Below are positions 1 to 9,619 of a DNA stretch of 64,000 nt, in pieces. Within the stretch, counting starts at the first letter, position 1; each line of letters starts with the position of its first letter. Origin of the DNA: an uncultured Oribacterium sp. Its GTDB lineage: Bacteria; Bacillota; Clostridia; Lachnospirales; Lachnospiraceae. Position numbers and translations under genes: made by a program. Location of the stretch: the NCBI GenBank assembly GCA_963545355.1, contig CAUUIW010000005.1, forward strand, positions 7,913 through 71,912. The letters are read 5' to 3'. The notes under the pieces are model-generated. The model worked only from the letters and a program-made list of their open reading frames with translations. It made no database searches and was not told the origin of the DNA.

Positions 1-1
1 C

Positions 2-559
2 GGGCAGGTCTTTCGGACCTACTGGCTGGTGGAATACGAGGACAGGCTTTTTATCATGGATCAGCATGCCGCCCATGAGAAGGTGAATTTCGAACGCTTC
101 ATGCGGCAGCATCGGGAGCACAGCATCGTCTCGCAGAATCTGATGCCGCCGATCCTTCTGACATTGACAGCAAGGGAAGAGGATATGCTGCAAAAGCATG
201 AGGAGGCCTTCCGGGAGATGGGCTTTGACATAGCGTCCGTCGGGAAACGGGATTACAGTCTCTCGGCTGTCCCGGCATTGCTTCCGGACATCTCGAAGAA
301 GGAGCTTTTTCTTGAGATGCTGGATGCGCTTCTGGAGGAGTCCTCCATGAGGACAAGCGATACCATCTACTATCGTATCGCGACGATGTCCTGCAAGGCA
401 GCCGTAAAGGGGAATATGTCGATGAGCTTTCGGGAGGCGGAGGCACTGATTTCGGAGCTGATGGCACTGGAAAACCCCTATGCCTGTCCGCACGGTCGTC
501 CTACGCTTATCTCTTTTTCCAGAACAGAGCTGGAAAAGAAGTTTAAGAGAATCGTATAG
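2..559 (+). CDS. mutL: DNA mismatch repair endonuclease MutL, C-terminal part (5' truncated by window)
   Basis: Frame open from base 2 (GQVFRTYWLV...); MutL C-terminal motifs DQHAAHE, SCKAAVK and CPHGRP; lies upstream of miaA. Confidence 0.96.
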   Translation, partial: GQVFRTYWLVEYEDRLFIMDQHAAHEKVNFERFMRQHREHSIVSQNLMPPILLTLTAREEDMLQKHEEAFREMGFDIASVGKRDYSLSAVPALLPDISKKELFLEMLDALLEESSMRTSDTIYYRIATMSCKAAVKGNMSMSFREAEALISELMALENPYACPHGRPTLISFSRTELEKKFKRIV

Positions 560-568
560 GAGGGCGTT

Positions 569-1567
569 ATGCAGGAACGGAAAGCCCCCCTTCTCATCCT
601 TGCGGGACCGACGGCGGTCGGTAAAAGCGAGCTCTCGCTCCGTCTCGCGAGGGAGCTTTCGGGGGAGTGCATCTCTGCGGATTCCATGCAGGTGTACAGG
701 ACACTCGATATCGGAACTGCCAAGATGACGGAAGCCGAAAGGCAGGGAGTGAGGCATCATCTGATCGATGTGATAGCGCCGGAGGAAAACTACGATGTGA
801 AAGAGTTTCAGCATATGGGGCGGCAGGCGGTGCGGGAAACGCTTCAAAACGGACATCTGCCGATTCTGGTCGGGGGGACGGGCTTTTACATCCAGGCACT
901 TCTCTACGGGATTGATTTCACGGAGGAGAGGGGAGACGGGGAGATCCGAGAAGCGCTGGAGAAAGCTGCGGAGACAGAGGCGGGAAGACGCGGACTTTAT
1001 GAAAAATTACAACAGACGGATCCTCTTTCCGCAGAGCGGATTCACAGCCGCAATATCAAGAGAATTATCCGGGCGCTGGAGTTTTATGAGATTCATCATA
1101 TGCCGATTTCCCTTCACAATGATGCGGAAAAGAAACGGGAAGCCTGCTATGATGCACAGTTCTTTGTGCTTTCCGATGAGAGAGAGGCGCTCTATGAAAG
1201 AATCAACCGGCGTGTGGATGCGATGATGGCGGGAGGTCTTTTGGAAGAGGCAGAAAGACTCTACCGCTCCGGGATCGACAGGGGAGCGACCTCCATGCAG
1301 GGGATAGGCTACCGGGAGCTGTTTCGCTATTTTGACGGCGCATGCTCTCTGCCGGAGGCTGTCGAAGCCATCAAAAAAAACAGCAGAAATTATGCCAAGC
1401 GCCAGTTTACTTGGTTTCGAAGAGAAGAGTCCGCGATATGGGTGCATCTCCCGGACTTTTCCTATGACAAGGAGAAGATAAGCTCATGGATCAAAGAGAA
1501 ATGTATGAAGCACTGGGGATTGACGGAAGCGTCTTTCGGTACTGCGAGTCAGTCCTTGACACCCTGA
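569..1567 (+). CDS. miaA: tRNA (adenosine(37)-N6)-dimethylallyltransferase
   Basis: GPTAVGKS P-loop, SADSMQVY, DIGTAK, VGGTGFY and YAKRQ motifs; SD GGAGG upstream. Confidence 0.96.
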   Translation: MQERKAPLLILAGPTAVGKSELSLRLARELSGECISADSMQVYRTLDIGTAKMTEAERQGVRHHLIDVIAPEENYDVKEFQHMGRQAVRETLQNGHLPILVGGTGFYIQALLYGIDFTEERGDGEIREALEKAAETEAGRRGLYEKLQQTDPLSAERIHSRNIKRIIRALEFYEIHHMPISLHNDAEKKREACYDAQFFVLSDEREALYERINRRVDAMMAGGLLEEAERLYRSGIDRGATSMQGIGYRELFRYFDGACSLPEAVEAIKKNSRNYAKRQFTWFRREESAIWVHLPDFSYDKEKISSWIKEKCMKHWGLTEASFGTASQSLTP

Positions 1568-2805
1568 GGGGGCGCTTCCGGGAGATTGATGAGATTTCTG
1601 AATACAATCAGCTGAAGGTGGTAAAGGCGATGCAGGATGCCCATATCTCGGAGGCGCATCTCTACGGCTCCAACGGCTACGGTCACAATGATATCGGGCG
1701 GGATGCGCTGGAGGAGGTGTACGCAAAAGCTTTTCATACCGAGGACTCACTGGTACGCTCGCAGATCACCTGCGGCACTCATGCGCTTTCCGTCGCGCTC
1801 TTTGCCTGTCTTCGTCCGGGGGACGAGATGCTCTGCCCGGCGGGAGGTCCCTATGATACCCTGGAGGAAATTATCGGGATCCGTCCGTCTCTGGGTTCTC
1901 TTCGGGAGCTTGGCGTCAGCTACCGGCAGGTGGAGCTTCTCCCAGACGGCTCCTTCGACTATGACAGGATCCGGGAAGCTGTCCATGAGAAGACGCGACT
2001 TGTCGAGATTCAGCGTTCCAAGGGCTACAGCAGCCGGAACACCTTCTCCCCGGAGCAGATCGGGGAACTGATCCGCTTTGTCAAGTCCCTCAAGCCGGAG
2101 CTGATCTGCATGGTGGACAACTGCTACGGAGAATTTGTCAGGAGAACGGAGCCCAGTGATTTTGGCGCGGATCTGCTTGTCGGTTCCCTCATCAAGAATC
2201 CGGGCGGCGGACTCGCCCCGGTCGGCGGTTATATCGCCGGGAAAAAGGAGCTTATTGACAGCTGCAGTGTACGTCTCACTGCGCCGGGACTCGGAAAGGA
2301 TGTCGGTCCCTCCCTCACAGTCAATAAGGATTTCTATCAGGGCTTCTTCCTCTCGCCGTCTGTCACGGCGAATGCGGAAAAGGCGGCGATCTTTGCCGCC
2401 AGTATCTATGAGTCTCTGGGCTTTCACTGCCATCCGGGTGCAGATGCCGAGAGAAACGATATCATTCAGGCGATTACCCTCCGTTCTCCGGAGGCGGTTA
2501 CCGCCTTCTGCGAGGGGATCCAGGCGGCGTCACCCATCGACTCCTTTGTGAAGCCCTATGCCGATGAGATGCCGGGTTATGACAGCAAGGTGATTATGGC
2601 GGCAGGCGCCTTTGTACAGGGCTCCAGCATTGAGCTGAGCGCGGACGCACCGATGCGGGAACCCTACAATGTCTACTTCCAGGGGGGACTGACCTGGCAG
2701 CATGCGAAGTTCGGCATCATGAAGAGCCTGCAAAAGCTGGCAGAGAGAGGGCTTGTCACGCTCCCCTTAGATAACGCCGAGGATGTCGGTATCATTTTGA
2801 TGTAG
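1486..2805 (+). CDS. PLP-dependent methionine gamma-lyase-like / aluminium resistance family protein (YnbB-like)
   Basis: GRDALE, GTHAL, QRSKGY, DNCYGEF, GSLIKNPGGG and MAAGAFVQGSSIELSADAP motifs; SD AAGGAG inside miaA; usual position after miaA. Confidence 0.88.
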   Translation: MDQREMYEALGIDGSVFRYCESVLDTLRGRFREIDEISEYNQLKVVKAMQDAHISEAHLYGSNGYGHNDIGRDALEEVYAKAFHTEDSLVRSQITCGTHALSVALFACLRPGDEMLCPAGGPYDTLEEIIGIRPSLGSLRELGVSYRQVELLPDGSFDYDRIREAVHEKTRLVEIQRSKGYSSRNTFSPEQIGELIRFVKSLKPELICMVDNCYGEFVRRTEPSDFGADLLVGSLIKNPGGGLAPVGGYIAGKKELIDSCSVRLTAPGLGKDVGPSLTVNKDFYQGFFLSPSVTANAEKAAIFAASIYESLGFHCHPGADAERNDIIQAITLRSPEAVTAFCEGIQAASPIDSFVKPYADEMPGYDSKVIMAAGAFVQGSSIELSADAPMREPYNVYFQGGLTWQHAKFGIMKSLQKLAERGLVTLPLDNAEDVGIILM

Positions 2806-2875
2806 TGCCATGTCAATACGGCGGAGGCCCCTCTCCTCGGGGCAGGATATTTCGGAATTCGTCAGTTCTCCTTCA

Positions 2876-2904
2876 TTGAGAAATTGCGGCTCCTGTGCTA
2901 GGAT
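2876..2904 (+). promoter_or_regulatory. sigmaA-type promoter for the radC-mreCD operon
   Basis: TTGAGA, 17 nt spacer, TAGGAT with extended TGn. Confidence 0.55.
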
Positions 2905-2941
2905 ATAGGAACTGTAGGCTCCTGGAAACAGGAGGCAATAT

Positions 2942-3643
2942 ATGCAAAAAACATGGAAAGAGCTACGGGAAAAGCATCCGGAGGAGCTGCCGAGGGAGAA
3001 GTGTCTCCGGCTTGGCGAAGGGGCTCTTACGGATACGGAGCTTCTGGCGGTGCTGCTTCGTACCGGCACGAAAGACTGCTCTGTCTTGTCCCTTGCGGAG
3101 AAGGTTCTGAACTTCCGTCCCGCCTTTGACGGTCTGGTGGGACTGATGCACTTCTCGATTTCCGAATATCGGGAGATCCGCGGGATAGGGAAGACCAAAG
3201 CCATAGAGCTTGCCTGTATCGGAGAGATAGCGCGCCGCATCTGGAAAAGAGAGAAGCGGGTGCTCCGAAAGCATTTCGCGAGGGCAGAGGATATTGTGGA
3301 ATATTACAAGGAGGATCTTCGGACCCTGTCTCACGAGGAGCTTCATGTCATGTATCTGGATCATCGGATGCAGCTGCTCCGCTCCTGTGTGCTGTCCGTC
3401 GGCAGCTGCAGCCGTACGGTGGCTTCCCCTCGGGAGATCTTTACCAAGGCGCTTCGCGCGGAGGCAAGCTGCATGGTGATGGTACATAACCATCCGAGCG
3501 GCGATCCGTATCCCTCGAGAGAAGACAGGCAGTTTACAAAGGAGCTTTACCGGGCAGGACAGCTGATCGGAATCACGCTCCTTGATCACATTATTATCGG
3601 GGACAACCGCTACTACAGCTTCAAGGAACAGGAAGAATTATAG
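2942..3643 (+). CDS. radC: RadC / JAB-MPN domain protein
   Basis: PREK...LTDTELLAVLLRTG N-terminus, HhH GIGKTKA, JAB motif HNHPSGDPYPSRED, LLDHIIIG. Confidence 0.94.
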   Translation: MQKTWKELREKHPEELPREKCLRLGEGALTDTELLAVLLRTGTKDCSVLSLAEKVLNFRPAFDGLVGLMHFSISEYREIRGIGKTKAIELACIGEIARRIWKREKRVLRKHFARAEDIVEYYKEDLRTLSHEELHVMYLDHRMQLLRSCVLSVGSCSRTVASPREIFTKALRAEASCMVMVHNHPSGDPYPSREDRQFTKELYRAGQLIGITLLDHIIIGDNRYYSFKEQEEL

Positions 3644-3645
3644 CT

Positions 3646-4629
3646 TTGGAAGAACAGAAAAAGACAAAATATATCTTTATCATACTGGTGGCGTTTTCCG
3701 TCATGCTGATCGTCCTGTCGATGGTCAAGGACGGACTCATGAATCCGATGAGGAACACGGTCGGGATCGTGCTGGAGCCGATGCAGACCGGGGTTAACCG
3801 TCTGGGGCTCAGCATCTATAATGAGCTGAAAATGCGTGTGGATATCCAGGATCTGGAGAAGGAGAATCAGGGACTTCGGGACAGGATCTCCGTCCTCACC
3901 GAGGAGAACAATGTCCTGAAGCAGAACGACGAGGAGCTTTCCCGGCTCCGGGCGCTCTACAAGATGGATCAGGAATATCTGCAATATCAGAAGGTCGGAG
4001 CCCATGTTATCGCGAAGGATTCGGAAAATTGGTTTCAGGTCTTCCGAATCGACAAAGGCTCGAAGGACGGCATCCGCGTGGATCAGAATGTGATCGGGAA
4101 TGGAGGACTGGTCGGTATCGTCACGGATGTCGGACTGAACTATGCCACGGTCCGCTCCATCATTGACGATGAGTCGCGTGTTTCCGCGATGGGGCTTACC
4201 TCGGGAGATGTCGGCATCGTTGCCGGAGATCTGACGCAGTATGAGCAGGGGCGTCTCAGGATCACGGATTTCGCGAAGGATGCGACTGTGCAGGACGGAG
4301 ACCGTATCGTCACCAGCAATATTTCCTCGAAGTTCATGCCGGGGATTCTGATCGGCTATGCGGTGGACATCAAGGAGGATAACGAGCGTCTCAGTAAGAA
4401 CGGCTATCTCATCCCGGCGGCGAATTTTGAGGATCTCCGGGAGGTGCTTGTGGTGTTGGATGTAAAGTCGGATTCCTTCCGGAATGATGACGGCTCCGCG
4501 GAGCTGCTTCCCGCAGAGGATACTCAGCCGGAGACAGAAAGTCTCACCGACGGAGCAGAAGAGAGCAGCGGCGCACGGGAAACGGCAGCCTCCTCCGGCA
4601 GCTCTGTTCCGGAAACCAATATCCCGTAA
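3646..4629 (+). CDS. mreC: Rod shape-determining protein MreC
   Basis: N-terminal TM helix, coiled coil, IDKGSKDGI, GLVGIV, GDRIVTS and PGILIG motifs; TTG start 2 nt after the radC stop (start uncertain). Confidence 0.92.
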   Translation: MEEQKKTKYIFIILVAFSVMLIVLSMVKDGLMNPMRNTVGIVLEPMQTGVNRLGLSIYNELKMRVDIQDLEKENQGLRDRISVLTEENNVLKQNDEELSRLRALYKMDQEYLQYQKVGAHVIAKDSENWFQVFRIDKGSKDGIRVDQNVIGNGGLVGIVTDVGLNYATVRSIIDDESRVSAMGLTSGDVGIVAGDLTQYEQGRLRITDFAKDATVQDGDRIVTSNISSKFMPGILIGYAVDIKEDNERLSKNGYLIPAANFEDLREVLVVLDVKSDSFRNDDGSAELLPAEDTQPETESLTDGAEESSGARETAASSGSSVPETNIP

Positions 4630-4648
4630 CTTTTAAAGAGGAATTGTT

Positions 4649-5200
4649 TTGAAGCAGATTCGTTTTCAAAGAACAGGAAATAGAAAATTTTCGAAGAGAA
4701 TCTGGCGGAGAAGGATAAGGCTTCTCCTGGAGATTCTGGTGCTGGTTTTGGCGTTTCTCGTACAGACTAGCATTTTTCCATTGATTCCGTTTTTATCCTC
4801 GACACCCAATCTTCTCTTGATTCTGACCTTTTCCTACGGCTTTCTACGAGGAAGTATGCCGGGGATGATTTACGGGCTGTTTGCGGGACTTTTGATGGAT
4901 CTGTTCTATTCCGGTCCCTTTGGATTCTATACTCTCATTTTCCTGAGCATCGGATATGCCAACGGCTTTTTTAACCGTTTCTACTATGAGGAATATCTGA
5001 CACTGCCGGTCAGCATGTGCATTGTCAGTGAGCTTCTGTATCACAGCTACATCTATATTTTCCGCTTTTTGATTCGTGCGAAGTTCGATCTGCTGTATTA
5101 TTTTTTCCATATCGTCTTCCCCTCGATCGTGTTTTCCGTGCTTGTGACGATGGTGCTGTATCGCTTTGTCTTTACGGCGAATGAGAAACTGAAGGAGTAA
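4649..5200 (+). CDS. mreD: Rod shape-determining protein MreD
   Basis: Small multi-TM protein with PNLLLI and GLFAGLLMDL motifs, directly after mreC; TTG start with AGAGGA SD. Confidence 0.88.
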   Translation: MKQIRFQRTGNRKFSKRIWRRRIRLLLEILVLVLAFLVQTSIFPLIPFLSSTPNLLLILTFSYGFLRGSMPGMIYGLFAGLLMDLFYSGPFGFYTLIFLSIGYANGFFNRFYYEEYLTLPVSMCIVSELLYHSYIYIFRFLIRAKFDLLYYFFHIVFPSIVFSVLVTMVLYRFVFTANEKLKE

Positions 5201-5207
5201 AGGATTT

Positions 5208-8075
5208 ATGTGGAAAGAAATTCGTGCCTTTTGCAGGGAAATGCTGCAGCATCTGTTTCAGTCGAGACTCTTTGCGCTCGCGCTGCTCTTCATCTTTCTG
5301 TTTTCCGTTCTTACTGTAAAGCTGTTTCGCCTGCAGATTATCTACGGAAAGCAGTACATGAGTCAATATCAGGGACAGACCCTGAAGGAGGTCAGCTCTG
5401 TCGGCACCCGCGGTAATATCTATGACAGAGAGGGAAAGCTGCTTGCCTACAATGCGCTGCAATACAATATCACGATCTCTGCGGATGATGCGTATGACAC
5501 TTCAGACAGGGGAATCAATTCCAGAAATCTGATGCTCTATCATCTGGCAAAAATCATCGGAAAGTACGGCTACAGTGTTAAAAGCCAATACAAGATTTCC
5601 GAGGGAACAGACGGCGGGTTCCGTTTTACGACAGGCTCGGAGGAAGAAAAGAGGAGGTTTCTCTCCAATGTCCTCGGGGTCGATATCACGAAAATCACGG
5701 AAAAACAGATGGGGATGGATGCGGAAGCCGTGTTTGAAAGCTCGGTCACGAGATATCGTTTTGACCAGGTGAAGGAAGAAAACGGACAGCTGCTTTCCCC
5801 TTCGGTCGAAGATCTTTTTACCATGGTTTCGATTCTCTATACCATGAGACTCACCTCCTATCAGAGATTTCAGAGCACTACCATCGTGGAGAATATCTCG
5901 AAGGAGTGCATGACGGAGATTTCAGAGAATAAGGGAGAGTTGCTCGGGGTCAATGTCGAGGATGTATCGGTCAGAAGGTATAACTATGCCCCTTATCTTT
6001 CCCATATCATCGGCTATACAGGCAAGATTCAGGAGTCTCAGCTGCAGGACCTTCAGGAGCAGGATCCGAGCTATGAGATCAATGACACCATCGGAGTCTG
6101 GGGTCTGGAGAAGAGTGAGGAGAGTATCCTGAAGGGGAAGAAGGGCAGAAAGGTCATGTACTTGAACTCCGTCGGCTCCATCCTGAAGGTGGTGAGCGAT
6201 ACCGAGTCACAGTCCGGGGATGATCTTTACACCACCATCTCCGCCAATGATTCGATCGCGATCTATCATCTTCTGGAGCAGGAGCTTGCGGGTATCCTGG
6301 TTTCGAAAATCACGGAGGATGATATCGTAAACCAGAATGTGAAGCAGTCTCAGATCATGATACCGGTGAAAGATGCCTACTATCAACTGGTACACAATCA
6401 CGTTCTGGATGTGGAGCATTTCCGTGCGGAGGATGCCAAACCCGCGGAGAAGCAGATTGCGGAGAGCTTTTCCGCCTATAAAGAGAGCGTCATGAGCCGT
6501 ATCGATCAGGAGATGAGCTCCGGGGAAAGCCATAGTCTTTCGGAGCTTCCGAGAGATATGCAGGCATTTATCGTCTATCTCTATGACTATATCAACAGGG
6601 AGGAGGCGGGGATTATCAACAGTGATGATCCGAAGTACCTGAAGTCTGTGGCGAAGCAGCAGTGGAAGGATGACAGGATCTCTCTCCGTGACTTTATCAT
6701 GAAGGGGATCGAGGAGGACTGGGTCAATGCCTCTCATCTGGAGCTGACCGGAGACTATTCGGATACCGGCACGATTTATCAGCTCTTTGTACAGTATCTG
6801 GAGAACGCTGCGAGAAATGATGCTTCCTTCGATCAGCTGCTGTATAAGTATGCGATCAGCGCGAAAAGGATACGTCCGAGCCTTCTTATGATGGCGCTGC
6901 TGGAGCAGGGATTGCTGCCGGATGATCCGGGAGCCTACCGCCAGCTTTCCGGCATGGACAACCACTTTGCCTATACCTATTTTATTGATAAAATCCGGCG
7001 GATCCAGATCACGCCGGCACAGCTGGCCCTGGATCCCTGTAACGGCTCCGTCGTCGTCACCGATGTACACACGGGAAAGATCCGTGCGCTTGTAACCTAC
7101 CCCGGCTTTGACAATAACCGTATCTCGGATCCGGTCTACCTTCGGAAATGCAATGATGACCTGTCTCTGCCGCTTCTCAACAATGCGACACAGACGCAGC
7201 TTGCGCCGGGCTCGAGCTTTAAGCCCATTACCTCCGTGGCGGCATTGGAGACCGGCGCCATCACAACAGATACCACCCTGGAGTGCACTGGCATTTTTGA
7301 AGAGGTTACACCGGCGATCCGCTGCTGGATCTATCCGCTGGGGCATGGCAGGGAAAATCTTGTGGACGGCATCAAGAACTCCTGCAACTATTTCTTTGCC
7401 GCTCTGGGACATCGGCTCTCGATGAACCAGAACGGGCAGTACGACCAGCAGCTCGGTCTGTCCCGGATCAAAACCTATGCGACGATGTTCGGACTTGCGG
7501 ACAAGAGCGGGGTCGAGCTGGATGAGGCAAGCCCCCGGATCTCCGATAAGGATCCGGAACGTTCCGCGATGGGACAGGGGACTCACGCCTACAATAATGT
7601 GCAACTGAACAAGTACATCACTGCTGTGGCAAACCGGGGAACACTCTATGACTTAAGCATCGTGGATCATGTCTCTGACCCTGCCGGAAGCGTCATTTCA
7701 ACCACAAATCCGAAGGTGGATCAGGAACTTTCCATCTCTCCGTCAACCTGGAATGCGGTGCATACCGGACTTCGTGAGGTGATCACGGAGGGAGTCGCGA
7801 AGAAGGTCTTTCAGGGAGAAAGAATCGCGGTTGCCGGAAAAACCGGTACGGCACAGGAGAGAGAGGATCGCGGAAACCATGCGGTATTCGTTTCCTATGC
7901 CCCCTACGATGCACCGCAGATTTCGGTAACCGTGACGATTCCCTACGGATATTCCTCCGGAAATGCGGCAAACCTTGCGAAGCTGGTGTATCACTACTGC
8001 TTTGGTGAGACGACACTGGATCAGATTCTGCAGCAGGATGCGGGCGCGATTCAGTCTATGAGTGTCAGTGATTGA
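5208..8075 (+). CDS. mrdA: Class B penicillin-binding protein 2 (elongation transpeptidase) with large internal insertion
   Basis: N-terminal TM helix, RGNIYDR, HIIGY and GLEK pedestal motifs; SxxK (GSSFK), SxN (SCN), KTG (GKTGT). Confidence 0.9.
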   Translation: MWKEIRAFCREMLQHLFQSRLFALALLFIFLFSVLTVKLFRLQIIYGKQYMSQYQGQTLKEVSSVGTRGNIYDREGKLLAYNALQYNITISADDAYDTSDRGINSRNLMLYHLAKIIGKYGYSVKSQYKISEGTDGGFRFTTGSEEEKRRFLSNVLGVDITKITEKQMGMDAEAVFESSVTRYRFDQVKEENGQLLSPSVEDLFTMVSILYTMRLTSYQRFQSTTIVENISKECMTEISENKGELLGVNVEDVSVRRYNYAPYLSHIIGYTGKIQESQLQDLQEQDPSYEINDTIGVWGLEKSEESILKGKKGRKVMYLNSVGSILKVVSDTESQSGDDLYTTISANDSIAIYHLLEQELAGILVSKITEDDIVNQNVKQSQIMIPVKDAYYQLVHNHVLDVEHFRAEDAKPAEKQIAESFSAYKESVMSRIDQEMSSGESHSLSELPRDMQAFIVYLYDYINREEAGIINSDDPKYLKSVAKQQWKDDRISLRDFIMKGIEEDWVNASHLELTGDYSDTGTIYQLFVQYLENAARNDASFDQLLYKYAISAKRIRPSLLMMALLEQGLLPDDPGAYRQLSGMDNHFAYTYFIDKIRRIQITPAQLALDPCNGSVVVTDVHTGKIRALVTYPGFDNNRISDPVYLRKCNDDLSLPLLNNATQTQLAPGSSFKPITSVAALETGAITTDTTLECTGIFEEVTPAIRCWIYPLGHGRENLVDGIKNSCNYFFAALGHRLSMNQNGQYDQQLGLSRIKTYATMFGLADKSGVELDEASPRISDKDPERSAMGQGTHAYNNVQLNKYITAVANRGTLYDLSIVDHVSDPAGSVISTTNPKVDQELSISPSTWNAVHTGLREVITEGVAKKVFQGERIAVAGKTGTAQEREDRGNHAVFVSYAPYDAPQISVTVTIPYGYSSGNAANLAKLVYHYCFGETTLDQILQQDAGAIQSMSVSD

Positions 8076-8083
8076 GGAAAAGT

Positions 8084-9217
8084 ATGAAATTTGATTATGA
8101 TTTAAAAAAATATGATCTTCGCCTCTTTTTCTACATAATTGTTCTGAATGTGCTGGGCATCTTTATCGTGAGATCTGCCACCAATGCGCCCTCCTTTAAG
8201 GACGCGATTGTGGTGCGGCAGATCATGGGAAGCTTTGCGGGACTTTTTCTCTGTATCCTGCTTTCCATCGTGGATTATCGTTTCTGGCTGAAGCATGCAA
8301 ACGGCATTTATCTGGTTTCCGTGCTGTTCCTTGCCGGGGTGAAGATCTTCGGAACTGCCGCGGGACACAATGCCGATCGCTGGATCCGTCTCCCCATCAT
8401 CGGGCAGGTCCAGCCGGCGGAGTTTGTCAAGATCGGTCTCATCATTTTTTTCGCGGCGTATTTTGCGAAGATTAAGGAAAATATCAATCAGATTCATGGC
8501 TTTTTTCTGGCATTTCTCCTCTATCTGCTTCCGATTTTCCTGATTCTGATTGAGCCGAATCTATCGACGGCTGTCATCATCACTGTCATCATTGCCATGA
8601 TGCTTTTTGTCTCGCCCTTTAAGAGAAGCTACATCCTGACAATCTGTGCTGTGGGGGTGGTGCTTCTGTTCCTTTTTTTCTATCTGTTCCGTTCCGGGCT
8701 CTATGATAAAATTCCGCTGCTCCGGGGATATCAGGCAAATCGAATTTTAACTTTTTTAGACCCCTCTAAAAATGCACAGACGTTTCGCCAGCAGCTTTAC
8801 TCGATTATGGCGATAGGCTCGGGACAGTTGAACGGAAAAGGGCTGTATAATCAGTCGATTTTCTCGATTAAGAACGGAAATTTTCTGTCCGAGGAGGACA
8901 ATGACTTTATCTTCGCGGTAATCGGAGAGGAGCTGGGCTTCCGCGGCTCCGTCGTGATCCTGATTCTGTTCTTGTTGATTGTCATTGAATGTCTTATAAT
9001 AGCTCATAAGACAAAAAATTTATCGGGAAGGTTAATCTGTGTCGGCGTGATGGCATGGATTGGTTTTCAGACCTACACGAATATTGCTGTAGCGACAGGC
9101 TTGTTTCCGAATACAGGAGTCACTTTGCCCTTCTTTTCACGAGGTGTGAGCTCGCTGATTTCTGTCTATGCGGGACTGGGGCTTGTCGCGAATGTTTCCT
9201 TGCAGAGGGAAGGATAG
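8084..9217 (+). CDS. rodA: SEDS peptidoglycan glycosyltransferase RodA
   Basis: RWI, QPAEFVK, EPNLSTA, AIGSG, NDFIFAVIGEELG and PNTGVTLPFFS motifs; ATG 8084 chosen for its GAGGA SD (TTG 8072 is the alternative). Confidence 0.92.
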   Translation: MKFDYDLKKYDLRLFFYIIVLNVLGIFIVRSATNAPSFKDAIVVRQIMGSFAGLFLCILLSIVDYRFWLKHANGIYLVSVLFLAGVKIFGTAAGHNADRWIRLPIIGQVQPAEFVKIGLIIFFAAYFAKIKENINQIHGFFLAFLLYLLPIFLILIEPNLSTAVIITVIIAMMLFVSPFKRSYILTICAVGVVLLFLFFYLFRSGLYDKIPLLRGYQANRILTFLDPSKNAQTFRQQLYSIMAIGSGQLNGKGLYNQSIFSIKNGNFLSEEDNDFIFAVIGEELGFRGSVVILILFLLIVIECLIIAHKTKNLSGRLICVGVMAWIGFQTYTNIAVATGLFPNTGVTLPFFSRGVSSLISVYAGLGLVANVSLQREG

Positions 9218-9229
9218 GAGGACTTTGAC

Positions 9230-9619
9230 ATGAAAGTTGGATTGATCGCACATGATTCCAAGAAAAAGCTCATGCAAAATCTCTGCATTGCCTATCGCGG
9301 TATTTTAAGCAAACATGATTTATACGCAACCGGGACGACAGGCGTTTTGATTGAAGAGGTAACCAACCTGAGAATCCACAAGTTTCTGCCCGGAGAGACA
9401 GGGGGTGCGAGACAGCTGGCATCCCAGATTGAGCAGGGCAATCTGGATATCGTGATTTTTCTGCGAGATCCGCTCCATATGAAAGCAACAGAGCCGGAGG
9501 TGAATTCTGTCGTTCGTCTCTGTGATATCTACAATATCCCCATTGCAACCAATCTTGCCACGGCGGAGCTTTTGATTCATGCGCTGGAGAGAGGGGAGCT
9601 GGAGTGGAGAAATATCTGA
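9230..9619 (+). CDS. mgsA: Methylglyoxal synthase homolog with catalytic residues substituted
   Basis: LIAHD, LYATGTTG, IFLRDP, RLCD and PIATN motifs match MgsA, but GGDQQ reads GGARQ and HEPD reads TEPE. Confidence 0.85.
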   Translation: MKVGLIAHDSKKKLMQNLCIAYRGILSKHDLYATGTTGVLIEEVTNLRIHKFLPGETGGARQLASQIEQGNLDIVIFLRDPLHMKATEPEVNSVVRLCDIYNIPIATNLATAELLIHALERGELEWRNI

